Assembly (NCBI RefSeq): GCF_006345805.1
Contig: NC_043026.1
Coordinates: forward strand, 9,486,001-9,550,000
Source of the DNA: Octopus sinensis
Taxonomy: Eukaryota
Length of the DNA: 64,000 nucleotides
Direction: 5' to 3'
The notes beneath the pieces were generated by a model that was not told where the DNA came from, did not search any database, and saw nothing but the letters and a program-made list of their open reading frames with translations. Positions 40,376 to 53,130 of the stretch are shown in pieces; within the stretch, counting starts at the first letter, position 1; the number at the start of each line of letters is the position of its first letter. Both the position numbers and the translations under genes were made by a program.

Positions 40376-41055
40376 CGACGGGCTTCTTTCAGTTTCCGTC
40401 TACCAAATCCACTCACAAGGCTTTGGTCGGCCTGAGGATATAGTAGGAGACACTTGCCCAAGGTGCCATGCAGTGGGACTGAACCCGGAACCATGTGGTT
40501 GGTAAACAAGCTACTTACTACACAGCCACTCCTGTGCCTTGCGTGTGTATTTATTTTTAAATGTGAATGTGTAATTGGAGTTTACAAATATGTTAGCTTC
40601 ACATAAGATGTAAATTTTAATAAATTTAAAATTCCCTTGTTCAGTTAAATGTTTATTTCTAGAGTTTATCTTTATGGAAATGTTGAATCAGTATTTTTTA
40701 AGTAGCCTCTATATCTTACACTGTTGTTTCTTTATTATTTTAGAATATCAGATCACATTGGTATAACTGAAGATACGTCTCATTATTTATCATCTTTTAA
40801 AGACCAAAATATTGTACAGAAGAGATGTATAAGATTGTTTCTGAAAATGTGTCGTAGAATTCCACTTTGAAATGCGTTCTTAGCAAACTTTCTGGACTTC
40901 ACTGGCTGGAGTGTCTACAAGATGTGTCTGTGTGGAAATTAAACTTGGATAAATTTACTGGACAGAAATACAGCAGTTGAAATATTTGTAAACAAAATAG
41001 TGTAGAAGCAAAGAGAAGGAAAAAATATATCTATTGTGATTTTCAAAGAAATAAA

Positions 41056-43218
41056 ATGGAAAATAGTGAGGAACCAAAGGATTTGACTTTTCTAGAAGAC
41101 AAAGTGAAGAAGAGACGTATATTGTCACACGAACGTGATGTCTGTAAAAAGTCCTTCTCTGAAAAGGGTAACTTGAATAAGCAGAAATGTATTCATATAG
41201 GTGAAAAGCCATTTCACTGTGACATTTGTGGTAAATCATTCTCTGCAAATAGCAAATTGACTAGACACAAACGTATTCATACAGGAGAGAAGCCATTTCG
41301 CTGTGACATTTGTGGTAAATCATTCTCTGCAAATAGCAAATTGACTAGACACAAACGTATTCATACAAGAGAGAAGCCATTTCGCTGTGACATTTGTGGT
41401 AAATCATTCTCTGCAAATAGCAGATTGACTACACACAAACGTATTCATACAGGAGAGAAGCCATTTCACTGTGATGTTTGTGGTAAATCATTCTCTCAGA
41501 AAATGGAGTTGATTTCACACCAACGTGTTCATACAGGAGAGAAGCCATTTCACTGTGACATCTGTGGTAAATCATTCTCTCACAGTAATACTTTAACTGA
41601 TCATAAACGTATTCACACAGGAGAGACACCATATTCTTGTAATATCTGCAGTAGATCATTTTCTCTCAGCAGTTCTTTGACTACTCACAGACGTGTTCAT
41701 ACAGGAGAGAAACCATATCACTGTGACATCTGCAACAAATCTTTTTGTGTCAGTAATCAGCTAACTTCTCATAAACGTATTCATACAGGGGAGAAGCCAT
41801 ATCACTGCAACATCTGTAACAAATCTTTCTCTCAGAGTAATACCCTAATTACTCATAAACGTATTCATACAGGGGAGAAGCCATTTCACTGTGTCATCTG
41901 TGGTAAATCATTCTCTGACCGAAGTACTTTCATTTCTCACAAGCGTATTCATACAGGAGAGAAGCCATATCAGTGTAACATCTGTAGTAAATCATTCTCA
42001 CAAAAGGGTGGCTTGGATAGGCACAAACATATTCATTCAGTTGAGACACCATATTCCTGTAATATCTGTGGCAAATCGCTCTCAAGCAAAAGCAGTTTAA
42101 CTTCTCACAAACGTATTCATACGGGTGAGAAGCCATATCGCTGCAACATCTGTAACAAGTCTTTCTCTGTAAGTAGTATTCTGACTATTCACAAGCGTAT
42201 TCATAGAGGAGAGACACCTTATTCTTGTGATATCTGTGGTAAATCATTCTCCCGAATTGACAACTTAACTAATCACAAACGTTTCCATACAGGAGAGAAG
42301 CCGTATCACTGTGATGTCTGTAACAAATCTTTCTCTCAAAGAAGTACCCTAACTAATCACAAACGCATTCATACAGGAGAGAAGCCATTTCACTGTGAAA
42401 TCTGTGGTAAATCATTCTTTCAACTTGGCGACTTAGCTACCCATAAACGTTTCCATACAGGAGAGAAGCCATACCACTGTGATATCTGTGGTAAATCATT
42501 CTGTACAAGTTACGAATTGCTTGTACACAAACGTATTCATACAGGCGAGAAGCCCTTTCACTGTGATGTCTGTGGTACATCATTCTCTCAACAGAGTGCT
42601 TTAAATTCACACACGATTGTTCATACAGGGGAAAAGCGATTTCGCTGTGACATTTGTGGTAAATCATTCTCTGCAAATAACAAATTGACTAGACACAAAC
42701 GTATTCATACTGGCGAGAAGCCATATCACTGTGTCATCTGTGGTAAATCTTTCTCTGACCAAAGTGCTTCCAATTCTCACAAACGCATTCATACAGGAGA
42801 GAAGCCATATCAGTGTAACATCTGTAGTAAATCATTCTCACGTTGTAGTGCTCTCGCTTCTCACAAACGTACACATACAGGAGAGAAACCATATTCTTGT
42901 AATATATGTGGTAAATCATTCCCTCGCAACTGTGCTTTGACAGATCATAAACGTATTCATACAGGAGAGAAGCCACATCACTGTGACATCTGTAACAAAT
43001 CCTTCTCTGCCAGTAGTAACCTAATTACCCATAAACGTATTCATACAGGAGAGACACCATATCACTGTGATATCTGTGGCAAATCATTCTCCCAGAGTAG
43101 CGCTTTAACTGGTCACAAGCGTATTCATACAGGTGAGAAGCCATATCACTGTGATATCTGTGGCAAATCATTCTCTCGTAGTAGCGCCTTAACTTCTCAC
43201 AAGCGTATTCATACATGA
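41056..43218 (+). CDS. C2H2 ZNF copy 5, intact, 720 aa (24 canonical fingers plus 1 degenerate)
   Basis: Uninterrupted ORF from [11 protein letters not shown] to [14 protein letters not shown]. Confidence 0.95.
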   Translation: MENSEEPKDLTFLEDKVKKRRILSHERDVCKKSFSEKGNLNKQKCIHIGEKPFHCDICGKSFSANSKLTRHKRIHTGEKPFRCDICGKSFSANSKLTRHKRIHTREKPFRCDICGKSFSANSRLTTHKRIHTGEKPFHCDVCGKSFSQKMELISHQRVHTGEKPFHCDICGKSFSHSNTLTDHKRIHTGETPYSCNICSRSFSLSSSLTTHRRVHTGEKPYHCDICNKSFCVSNQLTSHKRIHTGEKPYHCNICNKSFSQSNTLITHKRIHTGEKPFHCVICGKSFSDRSTFISHKRIHTGEKPYQCNICSKSFSQKGGLDRHKHIHSVETPYSCNICGKSLSSKSSLTSHKRIHTGEKPYRCNICNKSFSVSSILTIHKRIHRGETPYSCDICGKSFSRIDNLTNHKRFHTGEKPYHCDVCNKSFSQRSTLTNHKRIHTGEKPFHCEICGKSFFQLGDLATHKRFHTGEKPYHCDICGKSFCTSYELLVHKRIHTGEKPFHCDVCGTSFSQQSALNSHTIVHTGEKRFRCDICGKSFSANNKLTRHKRIHTGEKPYHCVICGKSFSDQSASNSHKRIHTGEKPYQCNICSKSFSRCSALASHKRTHTGEKPYSCNICGKSFPRNCALTDHKRIHTGEKPHHCDICNKSFSASSNLITHKRIHTGETPYHCDICGKSFSQSSALTGHKRIHTGEKPYHCDICGKSFSRSSALTSHKRIHT

Positions 43219-46200
43219 GAAAACCTTTTCTCTGTGAGTGGTGACTGAACCCTTTACCATGCAGGTTATTCTGTCGAATGTGATGTTTATTTATTCACAT
43301 TATTTTCAACTTGTCTTACATTATCTCACAGCTTTCAAGTTTTTACGATATGATTGTTTGTATTTAGAATGACATTGTAGGGTAGGTGCAAGAGGCCAAC
43401 TCTGGCTAGTTTGACCATAAGATAGATAGAAAATTTGGACCAGATATGGCAACTTTAAATGCTAAAGACCTAACCCTACAAGTAACAACATTTCTTACTT
43501 CCCACAAGGACCATAGGGGACCATTTTTGACTGTCATTGAAAATCACATTTAATACAATTTATTTTAAATATCAGCAAATGCATTGAATAAAGGATTTGA
43601 AAATTCATTCTTTTAGCATTTATTTACATGTGAAAAATATATATCTATGCACATATATTGATATGATGCTCATGATTGCACATTCAATACATTTGTAGGA
43701 ATTAAAAAGTAATTAGCAGAATTGGTGGTAAATGACCGCTCGGTACTTCTGGTGTTAACTAAATGTGTATCTATTCATATAGATGTATGACTATCAATGT
43801 GACAATTCATAAGAACAATAAGCATTTTGAGCTTCTAAAATTGTGGTAGTGTTGTGGGCTATCTCCTTGGCATTAACCAAACTATTCATCAGGGAATTGT
43901 AATTGTGGAAGTTCCTTCTATACCAAAACATAAAGAATAAGGGACACTCTCTCTAACTATAGATGTAATCACACAGGAGAGGAGATAGAGCTGTGTGTGA
44001 TAACAGCCTCCTAACTCCAGAGTTTATTTCACCACATCTCAGGTAACTCACCTGTGGGATATTTTTATTTTTATTAAAAGCAACTTTTTTGCATATTTTA
44101 AATTTTGTCTTGCATGAATTTTAAGAATCTGTTAAAACCAATAGGTGTGGCCGTGTGGTTTGAACCTTGCTTCCTAAGCAAGGCGGCGAGCTGGCAGAAC
44201 CGTTAACATGCCGGGCGAAACGCTTTGCTGTAATTCATCTGCCACTAACGTTCTGAGTTCAAATTCGGTTGAGGTCCACTTTGCCTTTCATCCTTTCGGG
44301 GTCGATTAAATAAGTACCAGTTACGCACTGGGGTCGATATAATCGACTTAATTCGTTTGTTTGTCCTCTCTGTGTTTAGCCCCTTGTGGGTAGTAAAGAA
44401 ATAGGTGTGAACCTTGCTTCCCAACTGCATGCTTCTGGGATCAGTCCCACTACATGGCACCTTATGCAAGTCTATTCTACTAGAATACTAAGCCGAACAT
44501 ACCCTTGTGAGTGGGTTTTTTAGAGGGAAACTGAAAGAAACCCAACATTTATATTTATAGGAATCATATTGTCTTCCTGGCTATTAATCTTTAACCCTTT
44601 CGTTACTAACCGGCTCTGGCTCTGATTACAAATGTCTTGTTTTCAGAAGTTTTGAATTCAAATCTTCCACCAAATCTTAGTCACAATATATGCTCCTAAC
44701 ACTAGCTCAATGATAACTAAGTTATTTTACTAAATTCTTTGTTATATTTAAAGTAATTGAAAGAAACAGAGCATCTCAAAATAAATTCAGTAACGAAAGT
44801 GTTAAATTATTACAAATGAAAAGGTACATGAAGCCAAGTGAAATTGCAAGCACTGAAGATAGTAGTTTCTCTTCTGGACCACCAGTCATTATATAAGGAA
44901 TGGTCCTTACCGTTTTTGTAAAGAGAGAAAGAAGGAGAGATGGAGATGAGATCAGGACAACTGATGCTGCCCAGCACACAGAACCAAACCAGGAAGATGC
45001 TACAGAATTTCAACTGATACAACTTCCACCGTTCCAGATAGAGTTCGTTAAAACTTGCCAAACCTGTTACTTCACAATATGTAAGACATTTGCCATGTAT
45101 TTTTATAAAGGGTTGTAATAAATAAATCGCATTGAATTTACGTGGTTCTTCTTATCATTCTTTTGTATTCGGTAACTCCAGGCAGACAGACTAGACCAGT
45201 GAATGCATAACCAACACACAGGTACATCAAGATGAACCAGCCACTGTTAACTCGCAAGCAAAACTCATAACCAATGCTACAGAATTTCAACTGTGATACA
45301 ACTCCCACTGTTCCAGATAGAGTTCGTTAAAACTCAACACCCCCTACACTCTAATCATGCTTCCTTTGCAGTATCCTATTCCTTTACTACCCACAAGGGG
45401 CTAAACACAGAGAGGAGACAAACAAGGACAGACAAAGGGATTAAGTCGATTACATCGACTCCAGTGCGTAACTGGTACTTATTTAATCTACCCCGAAAGG
45501 ATGTCGACCTCAGCGGAATTTGAACTCAGAGCCTAACGTTCCTGCCAGCTCGCCACATTTACAGTATCCTGTCCCTTAGATTATGACGTTTGAACCTTAA
45601 AGGTATGTCCTGGCCCTTGCCACCATCTATATCTCTTTCTTCCCTTACTCAACCATCCCCATTTATGTTCTGATCCCCTCCCTAGTGAATACGCCCATCA
45701 TTTTGCCAGTATCTCCATCGTGTTGTCTCCCAGCCTCTATCTCCTTCTCCTGCATTTCCCTCAGGCTGGGTAACCATGTATCTCCTTTGTGGCGGCACAC
45801 CTGTTTCTGTCTTCATCCTGATCTCTCTCTCTCTCTGGCCTGGTAAACTTGTACAGCAACGGACAGATCACAACAACAGATGCTGCCCAGCACACAGAAT
45901 CAAACCATGAACATGCTACAGAATTTCAACTGTGATACAACTCCCACTGTTCCAGATAGAGTTCGTTAAAACTTGCCAAACCTGTTACTTCACAATTTGT
46001 AAGACATTTGCCATGTATTTTTATAAGGGGTTGTAATAAATAACAGTGCTAGATCTTCTTGTCATTTGTTTATTTATGGTAACTCCAGGGACACCGACTA
46101 CACCAGTTAATGCATAATCCAGAATGATTAGAATTTTATTTTTGTCAGCGTTGCCTGACTGGCGTCTGTGTCGGTGACACGTAAAAGCACCAACCGATCG

Positions 46201-46852
46201 TGGCTGTTTGCCAGCCTGCTCTGGCTCCTGTGCCGGTTGCACGTAAAAAACCCACTACACTCATGGAATGGTTGGCGTTAGGAAGGGCATCCAGCTGTAG
46301 AAACACTGCCAAATCAGACAAGAGGCTGGTGCAGCCTCTATGGCTTACCAGACCCCGGTCGAACCGTCCAACCCATGCTAGCACATACAACGGACGTTAA
46401 ACGGTGATGATGATATATATATATATATATATATATAATAAACACACACGTCAATGATAGGCAGAAGTTACAGAGTGACAATGGCCAAATTCGTGTTTCA
46501 TGAGTGCCAATACATGAAACTCTCAGCTTTTGACTTACTCTCAAACTTCTGCCGATGATATATATATATATATACGTACGTATAGGTGTAAAAAAATCTC
46601 ATCACGCAATCAAACCAACGAAAGAGCCTCTACCTGGCCACTCGACTCGCTAAAAATAGCAGCCAAAGTATCCCCCTGCCAAAATCACACGTCAGATTGA
46701 ATCGATCCAGTAGGCAGGGTGCACCTTTTCTACGTATGCCGAAACTACGGGGAAGTCGACTGTGCCTTTTACCGTTTCGGGGTCAGTTTTGCCTTTCGCC
46801 TTTTTGGCGGGTAAATAAATAAATTACCAGTTGACTACTAAGGTTCGTTAGT

Positions 46853-47237
46853 GGAGGCGCAATGGCCCAGTGGTTAGGGCAGCGGACTCGCGGTCATAGG
46901 AGAGCGGTTTCGATTCCCAGACCGGGCGTTGTGAGTGTTTATTGAGCGAAAACACCTAAAAGCTCCACGAGGCTCCGGCAGGAGATGGTGGTGATCCCTG
47001 CTGTACTCTTTCACCACAACTTTCTCTCACTCTTACTTCCTGTTTCTGTTGTACCTGTATTTCGAAGGGGCCGGCCTTGTCACTCTCTGTGTCACGCTGA
47101 ATATCCCAGAGAACTACGTAAAGGGTACACGTGTCTGTGGAGTGCTCAGCCACTTACACGTTAATTTCACGAGCAGGCTGTTCCGTTGATTCGGATCAAC
47201 CGGAACCCTCATCGTCGTAACCGACGGAGTGCTTCCA
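46853..47237 (+). mobile_element. tRNA-derived SINE family A
   Basis: Same as the other units. Confidence 0.8.
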
Positions 47238-47329
47238 TCCATTAAGCTTCGCGTAATCGACTTAGGCACCCCCCCTCTGCTCACCGAAATTGCTGGCCTT
47301 GTGACAAAAGGTGAAATGAATATTTCATA

Positions 47330-47497
47330 CGCATGCGCACTAATCGCATTTCCGCCTCCATTCCTGAAATCTCTGCGCACATGTCTGGTGCCAGAATTTC
47401 TCTCAATTCACTCCTAAACACATTTATAATACATTTCTCAACCACCCGAAGCACTTCTAACAACAACACCATCCTTTATAAAGACATTTCCGTAAGT
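47330..47497 (+). promoter_or_regulatory. Orphan putative promoter/exon 1 of a seventh ZNF copy whose coding exon is not in the sequence
   Basis: CGCATGCGCA at 47330; GTAAGT at 47492; intron 1 runs into the N gap. Confidence 0.55.
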
Positions 47498-48290
47498 ATT
47501 AAACAATGAAATCGTTTAATCTTTCAATACTTTGGTGTTTTAGATGTCCTTTGATGTGTGCGACATTTGGCTGCTATTTCTAGCTATGGAGCCTACCTCT
47601 ACACGCTCCATCGTTTCCCCATTTGTTTTTCCCACCCCCTACGAATCCCGATCTTGTCTCCAATGAGGTAGTGGTGCTTTTTACGTGCCACCGGCCCGGG
47701 GGCCAGTTCGGGCGGCCACGTTCGGATGGTTCTTTTACGTGCCACCGGCCCGGGGGCCAGGCGGGGCAGCCACGTTCGGATGGTTCTTTTACGTTCCACT
47801 GGCACGGGGGCTAGGCGGGCGGCCACGTGTGATGGTTCTCTTACGTGCCACTGGCACGGGGGCCAGGCGGGGCATCCACGTTCGGATGGTTCTCTTACGT
47901 GCCACAGGGACGGGGGCCCCAGGCGGGGTGGCCACGTTCGGATGGTTCCTCCTTACTGCCACCGCACTGGTATCACAGCTACAATTTCCTGATGTTGATC
48001 GATTTCGATTTTGACTTTCACTGCTCAGCAGGTCTTCATAAGTAGAGTTTTTTTGTGTCCAAGAAGCAAAGCTATGCATAAGTGGACTGGCTACATCCTT
48101 GGTAGAGGCCACGGGTTTAGGTCAATATTTTTACTCCTTTATTTGTTTCAGTCATTTACTGCGGCCACGATGGAGCAACCGCCCTTTAGTCGAGCAAATC
48201 GCCCAGGGACTTATTCTTTGTAAGCCCAGTACTTATTCCTATCGGTCTGTTTTGACGATCGCTAACTAACGGGACATAAACACACCAGCA

Positions 48291-48390
48291 NNNNNNNNNN
48301 NNNNNNNNNNNNNNNNNNNNNNNNNNNNNNNNNNNNNNNNNNNNNNNNNNNNNNNNNNNNNNNNNNNNNNNNNNNNNNNNNNNNNNNNNN
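48291..48390. other. Assembly gap (100 N)
   Basis: Direct reading. Confidence 1.
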
Positions 48391-48422
48391 CAAACCTCCC
48401 ACTCATTCCCACAGCTACTCAC

Positions 48423-48487
48423 CTCTAACCAATCCACTTTGGAATCATGTTCCACTTCTGCTATGACATTCTCTGTGACCAAATCCA
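48423..48487 (-). CDS. IFT172: IFT172 internal exon (V)DLVTENVIAEVEHDSKVDWLE
   Basis: Acceptor TTTTTACAG| and donor |GTGAGT; 65 nt, phase matches the upstream exon. Resembles vertebrate IFT172 VDL...HESRVDWLE as recalled from memory. Confidence 0.85.
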
Positions 48488-48584
48488 CTGTAAAAATAAA
48501 AATGACACAGAATCAGCCGTCAAGTCCTTGACATAATCATTCAAATTCTGTTTGAGTTATCTTCCCTTACCTTATTTTATTTAC

Positions 48585-48972
48585 TACTAGCAGTATCGCC
48601 TGGTGTTGCTCGGGTTTGTAAGGGAAATAACTATATAAGCATTTTTAGAGAGTTATAGCCAAAAAGTAGCAAAAAAATGGAAAAAAAATTATGGTAAATT
48701 TTTTTTTAAATCGTTGACTCATCATAGACATTTTTAGAGAGTTACTTCCCTTAAATAATAGCGAAAAAAATGCATTAAAATGGAAAAAATGATGGTAAAT
48801 TTTTTTTAAATCGTAGATTCATCGTAGACGCGCGCTAATACCAGAAGGGCTCGATATGAATCACGACTATAAGATACCCGGTTTTGGTTAAACTGCACCG
48901 CAAAATGTGGGAATAGTTAGGAATCTAAATCGTAGGAGACAGACACACAACTTCACTTTTATATATAAAGAT
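48585..48972 (+). mobile_element. Helentron-associated non-autonomous element (HINE/DINE-1-like)
   Basis: Starts TACTAGCAGTATCGCCTGGTGTTGCTCGGG and ends CACAACTTCACTTTTATATATAAAGAT. A related copy lies at 58458-58852. Confidence 0.5.
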
Positions 48973-49149
48973 TAATATGTTATATTTCAAGATGGTATTC
49001 TGTGTTTTACCAAAAACATCCAATTTCTTTATTAGCCACAAGGGCCCAAACATAGAGGGGGACAATACAGCCTGATTGGGGTCAGACACACAATGATTAT
49101 ATGACTTTTAAAATTTTACAAAATATGAAATCGAATGAGATACAACAAG

Positions 49150-49775
49150 GACAAAATACAAACATGAAATGAAGCAGAGAGATGGGTTACACTCCGACCC
49201 CACGAGCCCCTTTCTCCTACTGAAACTTTTGTATGCAGACTTATGACATGTTCACGAGGAATCTTTCATTCCCAGCACCCTCGCAACATGCAACCATCTT
49301 TCTTTGAACATTTTTTTTTACAGGCATCTTCTCTCCAGCCTCACCTTCCTTTTAAGGAGGAAGATAAAATATCTCACCAACCCGAGACCGGAGATGAGGT
49401 TGCCTGTCGCCAAACCTTTCATTCACGACTTCCATACCACCTCTTTCGCCATTGCTACTACTGCGAGAAAACATTGCTTACCTTCTTTCGTGAGGAAATC
49501 CGGTGGGTCAATTTTTACGATTGACTCAGACGACAGCTGTACTCTTCCCGAACCTGACAGCAGATGTTCTGCATAAGCCCACACTTCAGACACTCCCGGA
49601 CACTGAACAATAGCGTGCAGGACAGTTTCCCTATCCTGCTCGCATCTTGGACAGTCGGCAAGTCTAGTTCGACCGTGTCATATAAGCTTATCCCAAATGG
49701 GTAAAGATCCTGGGTAACATTGCCAGGCCAGGGATTTTTGGAAATTATCCATCAAAGCCATGTACAAGGGTGTTA
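49150..49775 (-). mobile_element. L1/Tx1-clade LINE 3' fragment, degraded
   Basis: Manual translation gives SLAWQCYPGSLP...CPRCEQDRETVLHAIVQCPGVSEVW (CCHC knuckle of L1/Tx1 ORF2) ...AKEVVWK with in-frame stops. Confidence 0.75.
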
Positions 49776-49784
49776 TCAGTGAGT

Positions 49785-50096
49785 GGAGGCACATGGCCTA
49801 GTGGTTAGAGCAGCGGACTCGCGGTCGAGGGATCACGGGTTTGAATCTCAGACCGGGCAATGTGTGTGTTTATGAGCGAAACACCTAAGCTCCACGCGGA
49901 TCTGGCAGAAGGTAATAACGAACTTCTGCTGACTCTTTCGCCACAACTTTCTCTCACTCTTTCCTCCTGCATCTTGCAGCTCACCTGCAACAGACGGCAT
50001 CCCGTCCAGGTGGGGAACCTATACGCCAAGAAACCAGGAAACCGGCCCTTATGAGCCAGGCATGGCTCGAGAAGGAACAAAACAAGAACAACAACC
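49785..50096 (+). mobile_element. SINE with family A head/body but a different 3' tail ending in (AAC)-rich repeats
   Basis: Matches family A to CCACAACTTTCTCTCACTCTT, then diverges (…GGCATGGCTCGAGAAGGAACAAAACAAGAACAACAAC). Confidence 0.7.
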
Positions 50097-50121
50097 ATAC
50101 AGGTGTCCAAACCAGACTCAC

Positions 50122-50213
50122 CTATAACAACAGTCTTCATGTCCAGCAGGTAGGCGAGCTTCTTGTTATCACCGATATGGCATCTTTTGGTTTGCCGCTC
50201 GTTCAGGCGGACG
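50122..50213 (-). CDS. IFT172: IFT172 internal exon (S)VRLNERQTKRCHIGDNKKLAYLLDMKTVVI
   Basis: CTCCAG| and |GTGAGT; 92 nt; contains the DNKKLAYLLD motif. Confidence 0.9.
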
Positions 50214-50489
50214 CTGGAGTCCGACAGAGGTGGTGGCCATGCAGGGGTCAAGGAATGGTCAGTGGTAGGGAGTAAGCAGATGAAAAAGAAGAGATGAGAT
50301 GAGGTGATGTAAATGAATATTGATTAATAAAGGGCATGGGATGGGGGGTGGAGACGTCGATTAAAAAGGATAATTAAGTACCAGATGTGTACTGGGGTCC
50401 CATTTAATCAACCATTATCCCTTGCTTATACTCCCTAAAAACACTGTGTTTGTATCAACAGAAATAGAGCTGTTGGTGGTGGTCATGGG

Positions 50490-50510
50490 AGTAGTAGTAG
50501 TAGTAGTAAT

Positions 50511-50563
<53 letters not shown>

Positions 50564-50596
50564 AGATTAATAGTAGTAGCAGCAGCAGTAGTAGTT

Positions 50597-50632
<36 letters not shown>

Positions 50633-50833
50633 TTAGTAGAAGTAGTTGTAGTAGTAATAAGATTAGTAGTAGTAGCAGCAGCAGTAGTTGTAGTAAGATT
50701 AGTAGTAGTAGTAGTACTAAGATTAGTAATAGTAGTAGCAGCAGCAGTAGTAGTTGTAGTAGTAGTAGTAAAATTAGTAGTAGTAGCAGCAGTAGTAGTA
50801 GTTGTAGTAGTAGAAGATTAGTAGAAGATTAGT

Positions 50834-50865
<32 letters not shown>

Positions 50866-51070
50866 TAGTAAGATTAGTAGTAGTAGTAAGATTAGTAGCA
50901 GTAGTAGTAGTAGTAGTAAGATTAGCAGCAGCAGTAGTAGTAAGATTAGTAGTAGTAGTAGTAGTCGTAATAGCAGCAGAAATAGCATTAGTAGTAATAA
51001 CGACAGTACTAGTAGTGGTGGTGGCAGTAGTAGTAGTAGCAAGAGGAGGAGGAGGGAGCTGGCAGCGAGT

Positions 51071-51125
<55 letters not shown>
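50490..51125. repeat. Compound (AGT/AGC)n and (AG)n microsatellites
   Basis: Direct reading. Confidence 0.95.
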
Positions 51126-51128
<3 letters not shown>

Positions 51129-51488
51129 CACTGAATAATAAGATTGTAATACCAGTAACACTACTGGGGTAAAAAAAAAAAAAAAAAAAAACGAGGCGAA
51201 GTTGATAAAACGAACCACATCCTCCTTTCCCTAATTGCTAATTAACCGAGGCAACAGTGGCCACCACTTTGAATAATTAAAAAAAAAACAAAAACATTTT
51301 ACGACATGCAAAAGACAAAAAAAAAACCTAAAAAAAAAACCTTAACCCCCCCCCCCACATGCAATTGGTAATATTATTAGGGAAGGGTTTAGCTTAAAAT
51401 AACTAGCAAACTGAATACTTGACTAATTGGGGGAAAAAAATTAACTAATTGATTAATTGGGTAATTAAATAATTAACTAATTGATTAC

Positions 51489-51592
51489 CTGATGAGGTGA
51501 GGGTTGATGTATTCTGTTCGGACACAACCAATTATTTCGTTATTACCATACTCGACAAGAGTTAACTCCCCTCTGTTGAATATCATACAGAC
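51489..51592 (-). CDS. IFT172: IFT172 internal exon [34 protein letters not shown](S)
   Basis: Found manually (not in the ORF track): CCCTAG| and |GTAATC; 104 nt, phase-consistent with both neighbours. Confidence 0.92.
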
Positions 51593-51624
51593 CTAGGGAG
51601 CAGAAAGACACATGGGAACATTCG

Positions 51625-51820
51625 TTATATATTATATATATATACGAATATATATATATACATACATATATATATATATATATTTATATACGAATATATA
51701 TATATACATACATATATATATATATATATTTATATACGAATATATATATACATACATATATATATATAATACATATATATTATTATACAAATATATATAC
51801 ATACATATATATATATAATA

Positions 51821-51886
<66 letters not shown>

Positions 51887-52200
51887 CATAATATATATAA
51901 CCATAATATATATACATACATATATATACATATATATATATATATATACGAATATATATATATACATACATATATAATATATTTATATACGAATATTATA
52001 GTATTATAATATATATATAATATATATTATACATTAAATATATATATCATATATATATATATATTCGTGTGTGGAATATATATATATTAATATATATACA
52101 TACATATGATATATATGTATATAATATATATATATAATATATATTAGTATAATATATATATACATAATATATATATTATAAAATATATATATATATAATA
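51625..52200. repeat. TA-rich low-complexity microsatellite (another at ~52615-52860)
   Basis: Direct reading. Confidence 0.9.
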
Positions 52201-52205
52201 CAGGT

Positions 52206-52614
52206 GCAGGAGTGGCTGTGTGGTAAGTAGCTTGCTTACCAGCCACATGGTTCCGGGTTCAGTCCCACTGAGTGGCATCTTGGGCAAGTGTCTTCTACTA
52301 TATCCTCAGGCCGACCAAAGCCTTGTGAGTGGATTTGGTAGACGGAAACTGAAAGAAGCCCGTTGTATATATGTATATATGTATGTATATATGTATGTGT
52401 GTGTATATGTTTGTGTGTCTGTGTTTGTCCCTCTAGCATTGCTTGACAACCGATGCTGGTGTGTTTATGTCCCCGTTACTTAGCGGTTCGGCAAAAGAAA
52501 CCGATAGAATAAGTACTGGGCTTACAAAAGAATAAGTCCCGGGGTCGAGTTGCTCGATTAAAGGCAGTGCTCCAGCATGGCCACAGTCAAATGATTGAAA
52601 CAAGTAAAAGAGTA
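52206..52614 (+). mobile_element. Full-length tRNA-derived SINE family B
   Basis: A box TGGCTGTGTGG, B box GGTTCAGTCCC, CORE-like CTTGGGCAAGTG, central microsatellite and AAAGAGTA tail. Antisense copies at 52892-53274, 53586-54080 and 54127-54288. Confidence 0.85.
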
Positions 52615-52820
52615 ATATAATATAATATATATAATATATATACATAATATATATATTATAAATATATATATAATATATATATATATATAATATATAGCAT
52701 ATATAAATATATATATATAATATAAGATATATATATATTATAGATATATTATATATATATATATAATTATAGGTAGGTATATATATATATATATATATAT
52801 ATAGATAAATATAGGTAGGT

Positions 52821-52856
<36 letters not shown>

Positions 52857-53094
52857 ACTTAGATAAAAAATGTGTTTAAATGTTTATATATTCTCTTACT
52901 TGTTTCAGTCATTTGACTGCAGCCATGCTGGAGTACCACCTTTAGTGGAGTAAATCGACCCCAGCACTAAAGCCTAGTACTTATTTTATCGGCCTCTTTT
53001 GCCAAACTGCTAAGTTATGGGGATGTAAACACACCAGCATCGGTTGTCAAGAGAGTTGGGGGGGACAAACATAGATACACAAACACACACACAC

Positions 53095-53130
<36 letters not shown>

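Noticed and set aside
41056-41130. KRAB, SCAN, BTB or ZAD effector domain
   Set aside because: Only 25 aa precede the first finger and no upstream coding exon is evident
48186-48488. 100-aa ORF spanning the gap
   Set aside because: Artefact of Ns; only 48423-48487 is exon
50422-52246. Poly-Ser, poly-Leu and Ile/Tyr-rich ORFs
   Set aside because: Translations of microsatellites
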